Shown here: piece after piece, positions 19,280 to 27,733 of the stretch
Numbering within the stretch: the first letter of the stretch is position 1
Layout: every line of letters begins with the position of its first letter
Source: an uncultured Candidatus Saccharibacteria bacterium
GTDB lineage: Bacteria; Patescibacteriota; Dojkabacteria; SC72
Length of the DNA stretch: 43,248 bases
Direction of reading: 5' to 3'
Assembly: GCA_964557565.1 (NCBI GenBank)
Contig: CAZLAH010000002.1
Location: 17,682-60,929 of the forward strand
Translations under genes and position numbers: made by a program
The notes under the pieces: model-generated
What the model was told of the DNA's origin: nothing
Seen by the model: the letters and a program-made list of their open reading frames with translations, nothing else
Database searches by the model: none

Positions 19280-19697
19280 TTAATATATTCTGCAATATAT
19301 TCTCCTGTTTTACAAACATGTTCTCTTTAGAGATATTTTCTTTTGTAAATTCAAGAGTATGATCTTCACCAAGTATATGCAAAATACCATGTACTATGTC
19401 TCTTACTATTTCCTCTTCATCATATTCCAATTTGACGAATTCGGGGCAAATATATACTTCCCCTAAAAGAGGCTCTGCATCAAGGAGAAAAGATAACACA
19501 TCCGTAACAGAATCCTTCTTTCTGAAATCCCTATTTAGTTCCTGTATATACTTCTTTGAAACAAAGATTATACTCAAGCTTGAAATATTGTATACGGAAA
19601 ATTCTTTAAGCAATGATTCCTTTAGCGTTTTTGTTGAGAAAGAGATATTAGGAAAAGATTCCTTTAGTATTTCCCAATTATGTATCTCTAATTTCAT
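19236..19697 (-). CDS. ybeY: rRNA maturation endoribonuclease YbeY
   Basis: The metal-binding motif HGILHILGEDH. 153 aa. The 3' end overlaps the pth start by 44 nt. Confidence 0.85.
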   Translation of the reverse strand: MKLEIHNWEILKESFPNISFSTKTLKESLLKEFSVYNISSLSIIFVSKKYIQELNRDFRKKDSVTDVLSFLLDAEPLLGEVYICPEFVKLEYDEEEIVRDIVHGILHILGEDHTLEFTKENISKENMFVKQENILQNILNEINSRSGKSRENI

Positions 19698-19698
19698 C

Positions 19699-20157
19699 CT
19701 AGCTAAGAAGAGTATCTACAACTGATTTAACCATATTACCATCTGTCTTGCCCCCTATTTCTTTCATAACTGCACCCATTAATCTTCCCATATCTCTTTT
19801 GTCTTTGATATCCAATTCAGCGATCTTACCTTTTACAAATGTTTTTACTTCTTCTTCAGACATCAATTCTGGGAGATATGCCTCTAATACTTCTAACTGA
19901 ACCTTCTCTCTTGAAACAAGATCATCTCTACCCATTTTCTCAAACTGATCTATGGAATCTTTAACCTTCTTAACTTCTTTTCTAAGAATCTTTTCAACAT
20001 CTGAATCTTCTAGAGTTTTACCTACTTCAATTTCGTAGTTTTTTGCTGAAGCTAATACCATCTTGAGGATATCTGATCTCTCAGTTTTACCCTCCTTAGT
20101 AGCTAAAAACATATCCTTCCTTATATCATCTAAAAAAGACATAGTTAGAAATGACAA
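19699..20157 (-). CDS. yqeY: GatB/YqeY domain protein
   Basis: About 150 aa helical protein: ...LKMVLASAKNYEI..., LPELMSEEEV..., DMGRLMGAVMKEIGGKTDGNMV. This is the typical YqeY pattern. Confidence 0.75.
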   Translation of the reverse strand: MSFLTMSFLDDIRKDMFLATKEGKTERSDILKMVLASAKNYEIEVGKTLEDSDVEKILRKEVKKVKDSIDQFEKMGRDDLVSREKVQLEVLEAYLPELMSEEEVKTFVKGKIAELDIKDKRDMGRLMGAVMKEIGGKTDGNMVKSVVDTLLS

Positions 20158-20160
20158 AAA

Positions 20161-20361
20161 TTATTTAGCTCTTCGTGCTGCAGTTCTTCTTCTTCTCTTC
20201 ATCTTAGCCCACTCTTTCCTTTTTGCAATTTTCAAGTCTGCTTCTCTTACTCTAAAAGCTTTACTTCTGTAAGTTTCAAGAATCTTTTCTCTCAAAACTT
20301 CTCTATGAAGTCTTTTTAAAGCACTGTCTATATTTTCGTTAGAATGTACAATTACTGACAT
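20161..20361 (-). CDS. rpsU: 30S ribosomal protein S21
   Basis: MSVIVHSNENIDSALKRLHREV...KRKEWAKMKRRRRTAARRAK. A strong SD, AAAGGAGG, lies upstream. Confidence 0.9.
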   Translation of the reverse strand: MSVIVHSNENIDSALKRLHREVLREKILETYRSKAFRVREADLKIAKRKEWAKMKRRRRTAARRAK

Positions 20362-20427
20362 TTTACCTCCTTTAAATTAATAATTACGCAAGGTGATTAT
20401 ATCACACCTTTCCAATCATTTACTACA

Positions 20428-21570
20428 CTAAGAGAACATATTTTTAATACTTTCTATATTCACAATATCTTTTATCATTATGAAGAGTATTAGAGCCATT
20501 AGAAGGAAGAAGCTAATATTTATTATAGCGGATTCTACTTTTTCATCTAAGTCTTTCCTGAATATTGCTTCTACAAGAAGAATCACTACTCTGCCACCAT
20601 CCAATGCAGGTATTGGTAATAGATTTACTATCGCTAATGAGAGAGAAAGGTCTGCTACCAAACTCATAAATGGTATTAAACCAAAATCTTTAAAGTAATC
20701 AATTACAAAATATATGCCTATTGGTCCTGAAACTGAGTTAGAAAGCTCAGTATAGTCTCCTGTATCTTGTGCCGTGTTAATTATCTCTCCTAGCTTACTA
20801 CCTATTAGTCTTAAAGTATTAAGCAAGTGAGCTGGTCCAGCAAAAGGCTTCCCATCTTCGTACGAGAGTACTAAAAGATAGTTGTGTGCCAAAGAGATTC
20901 CTATTTTACCTTCCTCTGATACTTTAACATTGTAATTACTACATTTGTCTTCAGAACAAATATTCAAAGTAGTAGTTTCTCCCTTGTATAAAGCTAATTT
21001 CTTACCTACCTCATCTGAGTATTCAATCTCCTCCCCTCCTATACTCTTTATACTTCCACTTGCAGGTAAATTTGCTTCTTTTGCACCACCTCCATCTATT
21101 ACCTCTGCATATTCAACATCCCCTCTTTTTTCTCTGTATACAGTTGCTCCAACAGGTTTGAACGATTCAAATTCTGTTCCAAGAACAAGTTTCCAACCAG
21201 AGTTACCAAGAACGATGTAGTAGAAAATAATTGCAAGAATGACATTCATAGTTACACCAGCTAGCATCACAAAAGCTTGCTGATATTTTGGTTTCTTTGA
21301 AAGATTCCCTTTTGAGTTACTCTCATCTTTTTCTTCTCCAGGATCTCCATCTCCCAATATTTTTACAAAACCACCGAGAGGAAGCATTCTGATACTATAC
21401 TCTGTACCTTTGTATTTCTTAGAAACAAGCTTTGGACCAAATCCTAATGCAAACTCAAATACTTTTGCTCCTACTAACTTAGCGACAACAAAATGTCCAA
21501 GCTCATGAACAAAGGTTAAAGTTCCTATTACCAGTATGAAGAGAAGAATATTTACAATTACAGAGAGCAT
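20428..21570 (-). CDS. rseP: RIP (site-2) zinc metalloprotease RseP, M50 family
   Basis: HELGHFVVAKL (HExxH), a central PDZ-like region and NLLPIPALDGG. Confidence 0.85.
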   Translation of the reverse strand: MLSVIVNILLFILVIGTLTFVHELGHFVVAKLVGAKVFEFALGFGPKLVSKKYKGTEYSIRMLPLGGFVKILGDGDPGEEKDESNSKGNLSKKPKYQQAFVMLAGVTMNVILAIIFYYIVLGNSGWKLVLGTEFESFKPVGATVYREKRGDVEYAEVIDGGGAKEANLPASGSIKSIGGEEIEYSDEVGKKLALYKGETTTLNICSEDKCSNYNVKVSEEGKIGISLAHNYLLVLSYEDGKPFAGPAHLLNTLRLIGSKLGEIINTAQDTGDYTELSNSVSGPIGIYFVIDYFKDFGLIPFMSLVADLSLSLAIVNLLPIPALDGGRVVILLVEAIFRKDLDEKVESAIINISFFLLMALILFIMIKDIVNIESIKNMFS

Positions 21571-21586
21571 TCTATTAATATCAAAA

Positions 21587-22132
21587 TTATATCGTTAACA
21601 AATCTTTCTCTTTCTCTTCTCGGATATTCTCAATATTACTATTTGCTTCCTTGACCTCTTTCTCTACCTCTTCCCTCAACCTATCAGCTTCATCTTCGGA
21701 GAAACCACCCTTTTGAATCTCATCTATCTCTTTCATATATTTCTGTCTTACCTGCCTTACTGCTACTCTTCCATCCTCAATTCTTTCTTTCATAACCTTT
21801 ACATACTCTTTTCTTCTCTCTTCTGTTAAATCAGGGATCTTTACAATTACACGATCACCTTCTGTTACAGGAGAAAAACCTAGATTAGCAACACTAATAC
21901 CTTTAGAAATGTTTTCTAAAATACTCTTATCCCAAGGTTGAATACTTATACTTTTTGCATCCAAAGCATTTATGGAAGCAATGTTTTTAATTGGGGACAT
22001 AGTACCATATGCATTTATCAAGACTTCCTCAACTAACTCAGGAGTAGCTCTACCAGTACGTATTTGAGAAAGATCCTCTTGTAAATGAGAGATACACTTA
22101 GAAATATCTATCTTAAATTGATCTAAATCCAT
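21587..22132 (-). CDS. frr: Ribosome recycling factor
   Basis: 181 aa; ...LSQIRTGRATPELVEEVLINAYG..., IPDLTEERRKEYVK. Confidence 0.9.
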   Translation of the reverse strand: MDLDQFKIDISKCISHLQEDLSQIRTGRATPELVEEVLINAYGTMSPIKNIASINALDAKSISIQPWDKSILENISKGISVANLGFSPVTEGDRVIVKIPDLTEERRKEYVKVMKERIEDGRVAVRQVRQKYMKEIDEIQKGGFSEDEADRLREEVEKEVKEANSNIENIREEKEKDLLTI

Positions 22133-22185
22133 TTTAAACAGATTAAAGATTATTAAGATATTCTATATCACCTTGAAAATATTGT

Positions 22186-22902
22186 CTACTTCTTGCCTAA
22201 TTCCCAAACGAGTATTCTAGACACTTCTATTGGCTCACCCATTTTTTGAATTGTCTCGTCTAGAAGAGCTTTTATCGTTTTGGATTCATCCTTAAACCAT
22301 TTCTGCTCAAGTAAACACTTCTCTGCGAAATATTTACTTAATTTACCTTCCACTATTTTATCCATTATTTCTTTTGGTTTGTTCTCACTCTCTGCTTCTT
22401 TTACGAATATCTCTTTTAATTTGGCAGTATCTTCTTCAGAAAGAGATTCTTTAGATACATATTCAGGTTTCATTGCAGCAACTTGTAGAGCAAGCTCATG
22501 TGCAAATTTTCTAAAATCTTCGTTTCTAGCAACAAAATCAGTCTTACATACAACCTCTACTAAAGCTACCAATCTCTGCTCACTACCGTGTATATATACA
22601 TCAATTACACCCTCTTTCTTTCCCTCATCACTTGGCTCTATTGGCTCATCCCATCCTCTTTCTTTTATTATTTCTACTGCTTTTTCGAAATCTTTCTCTG
22701 CTTCTTCAAAAGCTATCTTACACAACCCTATTTTAGCTCCTGTTAAATTTCGAAGTCTTCCAATCACATCACTTCTTTCATTGATATATTCAGTAGCTTT
22801 TGCCATATCACCATCTGATTTCTGTAATGCTTCTTTACAAAGAGCCATGCCTGCAGATGTTTTAGCTCTTAATGCTTTTATATCATCAATAGTTATACTC
22901 AT
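22186..22902 (-). CDS. tsf: Elongation factor Ts (short form)
   Basis: N-terminal UBA-like IKALRAKTSAGMALCKEAL. Core with VCKTDFVARNEDF. It lies downstream of rpsB. Confidence 0.85.
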   Translation of the reverse strand: MSITIDDIKALRAKTSAGMALCKEALQKSDGDMAKATEYINERSDVIGRLRNLTGAKIGLCKIAFEEAEKDFEKAVEIIKERGWDEPIEPSDEGKKEGVIDVYIHGSEQRLVALVEVVCKTDFVARNEDFRKFAHELALQVAAMKPEYVSKESLSEEDTAKLKEIFVKEAESENKPKEIMDKIVEGKLSKYFAEKCLLEQKWFKDESKTIKALLDETIQKMGEPIEVSRILVWELGKK

Positions 22903-22920
22903 CTTCTTTGTATCCTAAAA

Positions 22921-24057
22921 TTATTTTACAGCCTTCAATATTTCGTCTACTGCTTTTGCACCAATACCTTTTACAGAAAGTAATTCCTCTTTAGGAGTAC
23001 TCTTTATCTTTGAGATTGTATCTAAACCAGCATCTCCCAAAGCTTTTACAACTCTTGCAGAAAGACCTAATTCTTCAACACCTTTACTGTCTGCTTCTTG
23101 TTTTGCTTTCTCTGCAGCCTCTATCTCAGCATTAATATCTTTTTCCTTTTTTACAACTCTAACAACAGAGCTTGTACTCTCAGCTTGCACCTTTCCTTCT
23201 CTAAGTGATTTCATTCTTTCTCTTTCTTCATTTACCATTCTTGCTACTCTTTCCTTCTCATCTGCGAAATCTTTAGAAAGTTTACTTAACATTGCTTCAT
23301 GAGCATTTCTTAAAGATACAACAGAAAGAGATTTTGGTGACTTACCAACAACATCTCCCAAAATATTTGCAAAAAGAGAAATACTCTTCAAAGAGTCATC
23401 ATTAGCAGGAATTGGGAAATCTACTAAATCAGGATTACAGTTTGTATCTAGCAATGCTACTACAGGAATACCTGCAACTTTTGCTTCCTTTATTGTATTT
23501 TCTTCTACCTTAGTATCTACAACTATCATTACTTCAGGAAGTTTATCCATGAATTTGATACCTTGATATATTCTATTCAACCTCTCAACATCTCTTTCCA
23601 TTAACAAAACTTCTTTCTTAACCAATCCTTGTGCTCCTCTAGCCAACTGCTCTTCCATCTTTATTAATCCCTGAACACTCTTCTTTATAACTTCAAAATT
23701 AGTAAAAAGACCTCCAGGCCATCTTCTGTTAATGTAGAACATACCATTCTTTTCAGCAACAGACTGGACGATGGATGCTGCTTGTCCTTTAGTACCAACA
23801 ATCAAAACATTTCCTCTCTCTGAATATTTAACTAACTCAGACAATGCATTCTCAAGAAGCTCTCTTGTCTTTACCAAGTCTATTATATGAATACCATTTC
23901 TTTCCTCATATATATATTTCTTCATACGTGGATTCCAAGCACTTTTTTTATGCCCAAAGTGAGATCCTGCTTGAAGCAATTCTATTAATTCTGGAATTTG
24001 AAAACTTTTGTTTTTAGTCTCTGTTTTCTCTAAGACTTCTTTTTGTACTTCTTTCAT
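22921..24057 (-). CDS. rpsB: 30S ribosomal protein S2 with a C-terminal extension of about 130 aa ending in an HhH (RpoA alphaCTD-like) module
   Basis: S2 core (LLQAGSHFGHKKSAWNPRM..., IVGTKGQA, VVDTKVEENTIKEAKVAGIPVVALLDTNCNPD). This is followed by a charged coiled region and then VEELGLSARVVKALGDAGLDTISKIKSTPKEELLSVKGIGAKAVDEILKAV. Confidence 0.9.
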   Translation of the reverse strand: MKEVQKEVLEKTETKNKSFQIPELIELLQAGSHFGHKKSAWNPRMKKYIYEERNGIHIIDLVKTRELLENALSELVKYSERGNVLIVGTKGQAASIVQSVAEKNGMFYINRRWPGGLFTNFEVIKKSVQGLIKMEEQLARGAQGLVKKEVLLMERDVERLNRIYQGIKFMDKLPEVMIVVDTKVEENTIKEAKVAGIPVVALLDTNCNPDLVDFPIPANDDSLKSISLFANILGDVVGKSPKSLSVVSLRNAHEAMLSKLSKDFADEKERVARMVNEERERMKSLREGKVQAESTSSVVRVVKKEKDINAEIEAAEKAKQEADSKGVEELGLSARVVKALGDAGLDTISKIKSTPKEELLSVKGIGAKAVDEILKAVK

Positions 24058-24081
24058 TTTTATTTCCTTTCCTTTTTAAAA

Positions 24082-24123
24082 ATATCTTTGTAGGACTATT
24101 GTCCAGGATTGGCACAAAGATAT
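24082..24123 (-). promoter_or_regulatory. Hairpin in the rpsB 5' leader (possible S2 autoregulatory element)
   Basis: 10-bp inverted repeat ATATCTTTGT (24082-24091) / ACAAAGATAT (24114-24123), enclosing a nested GGAC-TATT-GTCC hairpin. It starts about 25 nt upstream of the rpsB ATG. Confidence 0.3.
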
Positions 24124-24163
24124 ATGAGATTAAATAACTGTAGGGATTATACATACTTTACAG

Positions 24164-24799
24164 CTATACTTCAACCCTTCTCCACTGTTTTCCTCCTATG
24201 ACTATGTGATCAAGAAGGTTCAATCCTACAAGACCAAATGCCTCAGATATTCTCTTTGTTATGATTATGTCTTCTTGACTTGGTGTAGGATCTCCGGAAG
24301 GGTGGTTATGGGCAATTACTACACTACTGGCATTTAGTTCTAATGCTGGGATTATGATGTCTCTTGGCAATACAGAAACTCCATCCAAGCTCCCTATACA
24401 TATTGTCCTCCTGTCTAACACCTCAAACCGAGAATTAAGAAAGAGCGCCACAACATATTCCTGCTTCTTCTTACCAATATCACCAAATATTACAAATGCT
24501 TCTTCAGAATTTCTTACAATACTTTTCTCACAACTATTCAAATCATACAATCTCTTACCCAATTCTATCCCACAAAGTATTTTCATCGCTGTAACATTTC
24601 CTACCCCCTCTATTTCAGTAATATCTTGAAACTGTATCTGTTTCTTTTGTGAAAGCATTTTTCGCATTTTAGAGAGGATACTTTTTGCTACAACAAGAAA
24701 GTCCCTACCCTTGATACCACTTCCAACCAATATCGCTATTAGTTCCATATCACTCAGATTATCTATTCCCTTTTGGATATATTTTTCTCTTGGAAGCAT
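24164..24799 (-). CDS. radC: RadC-family JAB/MPN domain protein
   Basis: N-terminal HhH-like region and the C-terminal JAMM motif AHNHPSGDPTPSQEDI. Confidence 0.85.
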   Translation of the reverse strand: MLPREKYIQKGIDNLSDMELIAILVGSGIKGRDFLVVAKSILSKMRKMLSQKKQIQFQDITEIEGVGNVTAMKILCGIELGKRLYDLNSCEKSIVRNSEEAFVIFGDIGKKKQEYVVALFLNSRFEVLDRRTICIGSLDGVSVLPRDIIIPALELNASSVVIAHNHPSGDPTPSQEDIIITKRISEAFGLVGLNLLDHIVIGGKQWRRVEV

Positions 24800-24833
24800 A
24801 CAATCATCATATGTGATGATTGTTAAATATGTA

Positions 24834-26975
24834 TTAACTCTTCTTTTTCTTCTTCAAAGACTTCTTAATATATTTACAGTTTGGATAGTTACTACAACCT
24901 GTAAAACTCCTTCCCCACTTACCCTTTCTCTCAACTAAATGATGACCGCACTCTGGGCATTTCTCATTCAACAATAATGGAACAATACCCTTACATTCAG
25001 GGTATTTCTCACATGCCCAGAATTTCCCATATTTACCATTTTTCAAAACTAATTTTGACTTACATACTGGACACTCTGTAGGCTTAAAGTATTTAACAAG
25101 ATCCAAGTTCTCTTCTCCTCCAGAAAGATCCTTCATACCCTTACACTCCGGGAATCTTGCACAACTTAGGAATTTCCCATATCTACCAAGCCTAATAACC
25201 ATTTCACCCTTACAATCTGGACATTTCTCTTCTGACTTCCCAAGAATTACAACATCATCCTTCTGTACAGACTCCAACGCAAACTCGATTCCCTTCTTCA
25301 ATGTCTTGTATTCATCATCTATCACAGGGACATACTTCTTCTTCCCTAACGCTATACCATCCAATTCATCCTCTACTTTTGCTGTATATTTGTAATCCAT
25401 TAATCTCTCAAAACTTTTTTTGAGGAAATTAGTTACTACCTTACCAATATCTGTTGGGAAAAGAGCTCTACCATCTTTTTCAACATACCCTCTACCAAGA
25501 ATAGTGGAGATGATTGTTGAATATGTAGAAGGTCTACCTATACCAAGCTCTTCCAACTTCTTAATCAAGGAAGCCTCTGTATATCTAGCTGGTGGTTGAG
25601 TAAATTTTTGTTCATTTACAAAGTCTAGTTTCTTTAACTCATCACCTTTCTTTACCTGAGATATCTCCTGCAAATCATCTTCCATTTTTTTTGTACCTAA
25701 CACTTTTCTAAAACCATCAAAAAGTACTATTTCTCCACCCATTGTAAAAAGATATTCAGGTTTCTTAAGATCCTTTGGAATCAAAGATACAGTAAGTACC
25801 TCAACCTTCTTATCACTCATTTGACTTGAAACTGCTCTCTTCCATATTAATTCATACAATTTACCAGCTGCTACACCTAAATCATGCGATACCTTCTCAT
25901 GACTCACATTAAAATCAGTTGCCCTTATTGCCTCATGAGCCTCTTGAGCATTCTTAGATCTGTTCTTGTAGAAGTTTGGCTTTTCTGGAACATACTCAGA
26001 CCCAAACCTACTACTTACCAAAGCTCTAATTTCATCTACTGCTTTACTACTTAGAAAGACAGAATCTGTTCTCATATATGTAATGTATCCTGATTGATAC
26101 AAGATCTGAGCAACACTCATAGTCTTTTTTGAAGGATATCCAAGAATATTGTAAGCTGCCTGTTGAAGCGTAGAAGTTGTAAATGGTGGATATGCATGTT
26201 TACTTAAATTCTTCTTTACAACATCCTTAACCAAAAATTTAGAATTCCCTATTTTCTTCTCAAAATCTTCTACTTCCTTTTTCTCTTTCGGTATATATTT
26301 CTTACCATCTTTCTTTACAAGCTTTGCTAACAAAATATTCTTAGCACCATCTTCAAGTTTTACAGATACATCCCAGTATTCTTCTGAATTGAAACTATCT
26401 CTTTCTTCTTCTTTTTCTACAATTAATCTTAAAGCCACAGATTGTACTCTTCCCGCAGAAAGTCCATACCAAATCTTCTTCCAAATCAATTCTGAGAGTT
26501 TGTAACCTACTAACCTATCAAGTACTCTTCTAGCTTTTTGTGCATCTACTAGATTAATATCTATCTTAGAAGGATGTTTAACTGCTTCATTTATCGCGCC
26601 TTCAGTGATCTCATGGAATGTAACTCTTTGAGCATCTTTTAATTTAAGAGCATTGGCAACATGCCAAGCAATTGCCTCTCCTTCCCTATCAGGGTCCATT
26701 GCAAGAAGTACATTTCCACCCTTTGGAATTGCTTTCTTCAAATCTGTAATTATCTTACCTTTACCATATATTGTTTCAAAAAGTGGTTCATAGTTATGTT
26801 CTAGATCTACTCCTAGCTTAGTTTTAGGTAAATCTATCACATGACCCACTGTTGCCATCACCTTATATTCAGAACCCAAATACTTATTTATCGTTTTTGC
26901 TTTAGAGGGAGATTCTACAATCAAAAGATTCGTATATGTTTTTGCTGAATTCTTTTTGCTTTTTATTTTAGCCAT
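24834..26975 (-). CDS. topA: DNA topoisomerase I with three or more C-terminal Cys4 zinc ribbons
   Basis: Toprim LLIVESPSKAKTINKYLG, the YITYMRTDS active-site Tyr region, and repeated CPxC...C..C zinc-ribbon modules near the C-terminus. Confidence 0.9.
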   Translation of the reverse strand: MAKIKSKKNSAKTYTNLLIVESPSKAKTINKYLGSEYKVMATVGHVIDLPKTKLGVDLEHNYEPLFETIYGKGKIITDLKKAIPKGGNVLLAMDPDREGEAIAWHVANALKLKDAQRVTFHEITEGAINEAVKHPSKIDINLVDAQKARRVLDRLVGYKLSELIWKKIWYGLSAGRVQSVALRLIVEKEEERDSFNSEEYWDVSVKLEDGAKNILLAKLVKKDGKKYIPKEKKEVEDFEKKIGNSKFLVKDVVKKNLSKHAYPPFTTSTLQQAAYNILGYPSKKTMSVAQILYQSGYITYMRTDSVFLSSKAVDEIRALVSSRFGSEYVPEKPNFYKNRSKNAQEAHEAIRATDFNVSHEKVSHDLGVAAGKLYELIWKRAVSSQMSDKKVEVLTVSLIPKDLKKPEYLFTMGGEIVLFDGFRKVLGTKKMEDDLQEISQVKKGDELKKLDFVNEQKFTQPPARYTEASLIKKLEELGIGRPSTYSTIISTILGRGYVEKDGRALFPTDIGKVVTNFLKKSFERLMDYKYTAKVEDELDGIALGKKKYVPVIDDEYKTLKKGIEFALESVQKDDVVILGKSEEKCPDCKGEMVIRLGRYGKFLSCARFPECKGMKDLSGGEENLDLVKYFKPTECPVCKSKLVLKNGKYGKFWACEKYPECKGIVPLLLNEKCPECGHHLVERKGKWGRSFTGCSNYPNCKYIKKSLKKKKKS

Positions 26976-27032
26976 TAGATTTAAAATACCTTAATTATTT
27001 TACTGCTGTCAAATTTCTGAGCCAGTTATATA

Positions 27033-27710
27033 TTATGGGAAGATATTAAGCAAGACCTGATCTCCTCTAAATCCAACTATTTCCCTGAAGTCATCTTTGC
27101 TAGATACCATATTGGCACCCTCTTTTAGGAGCATATTACAACCTAAAGAAAAATGATTATTGATATTACCAGGAACAGCATATACCTCTCTGTTGTATTC
27201 TAGCGCATATCTAGCTGTAATTAATGATCCACTTTTTTCCCCAGCCTCAATTACTACTGTAGTATCCGAGATTCCAGCTAGTAACCTATTTCTCAAGACA
27301 AACATTTCTTTACCTAATTTCTTGTACTGTGGAAATTCCGCAAGAATTAATCCATCCTTTTTAATATCCTCATATATATTACTGTTCTTTCTTGGTATTG
27401 CAGAAGTCATGCTACCTGGAACAATCGCAACTGTTTTAATACCACGTTCTATACATGTTTGGTGAACAAATGCATCTACACCTAAAGCCAACCCACTTAC
27501 AAAAACAATATCTAAATATCTAAAATCTTCTTCTAAAAAGCTTCTAATTAGCATCTTCCCATACTCCGTAATATTCCTTGTCCCAACAATTGATATACAT
27601 CTCATCTTTAAAAGCTCTATATTTCCTTCATAGTACAAGGTATGGGGAGGATCATATATTTCCTTCAAAAGATATGGATATATTGAATCTGTATATTTTA
27701 ATTCCTGCAT
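27033..27710 (-). CDS. dprA: DNA-processing protein DprA/Smf (Rossmann core only, 225 aa)
   Basis: YPYLLKEIYDPPHTLYYEG, IVGTRN, SGLALGVDAFVHQ, GEKSGSLITARYALEYNREVYAVPG. It lies next to topA, a common synteny. Confidence 0.85.
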   Translation of the reverse strand: MQELKYTDSIYPYLLKEIYDPPHTLYYEGNIELLKMRCISIVGTRNITEYGKMLIRSFLEEDFRYLDIVFVSGLALGVDAFVHQTCIERGIKTVAIVPGSMTSAIPRKNSNIYEDIKKDGLILAEFPQYKKLGKEMFVLRNRLLAGISDTTVVIEAGEKSGSLITARYALEYNREVYAVPGNINNHFSLGCNMLLKEGANMVSSKDDFREIVGFRGDQVLLNIFP

Positions 27711-27733
27711 ACATACATTATGCAGAAGAATTA

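Noticed and set aside
22280-22918. 212-aa ORF on the plus strand
   Set aside because: It is antisense to tsf, whose identity is clear. Its Ser/Leu/Phe-rich low-complexity translation is typical of the reverse frame of an AT-rich, Lys/Glu-rich gene.
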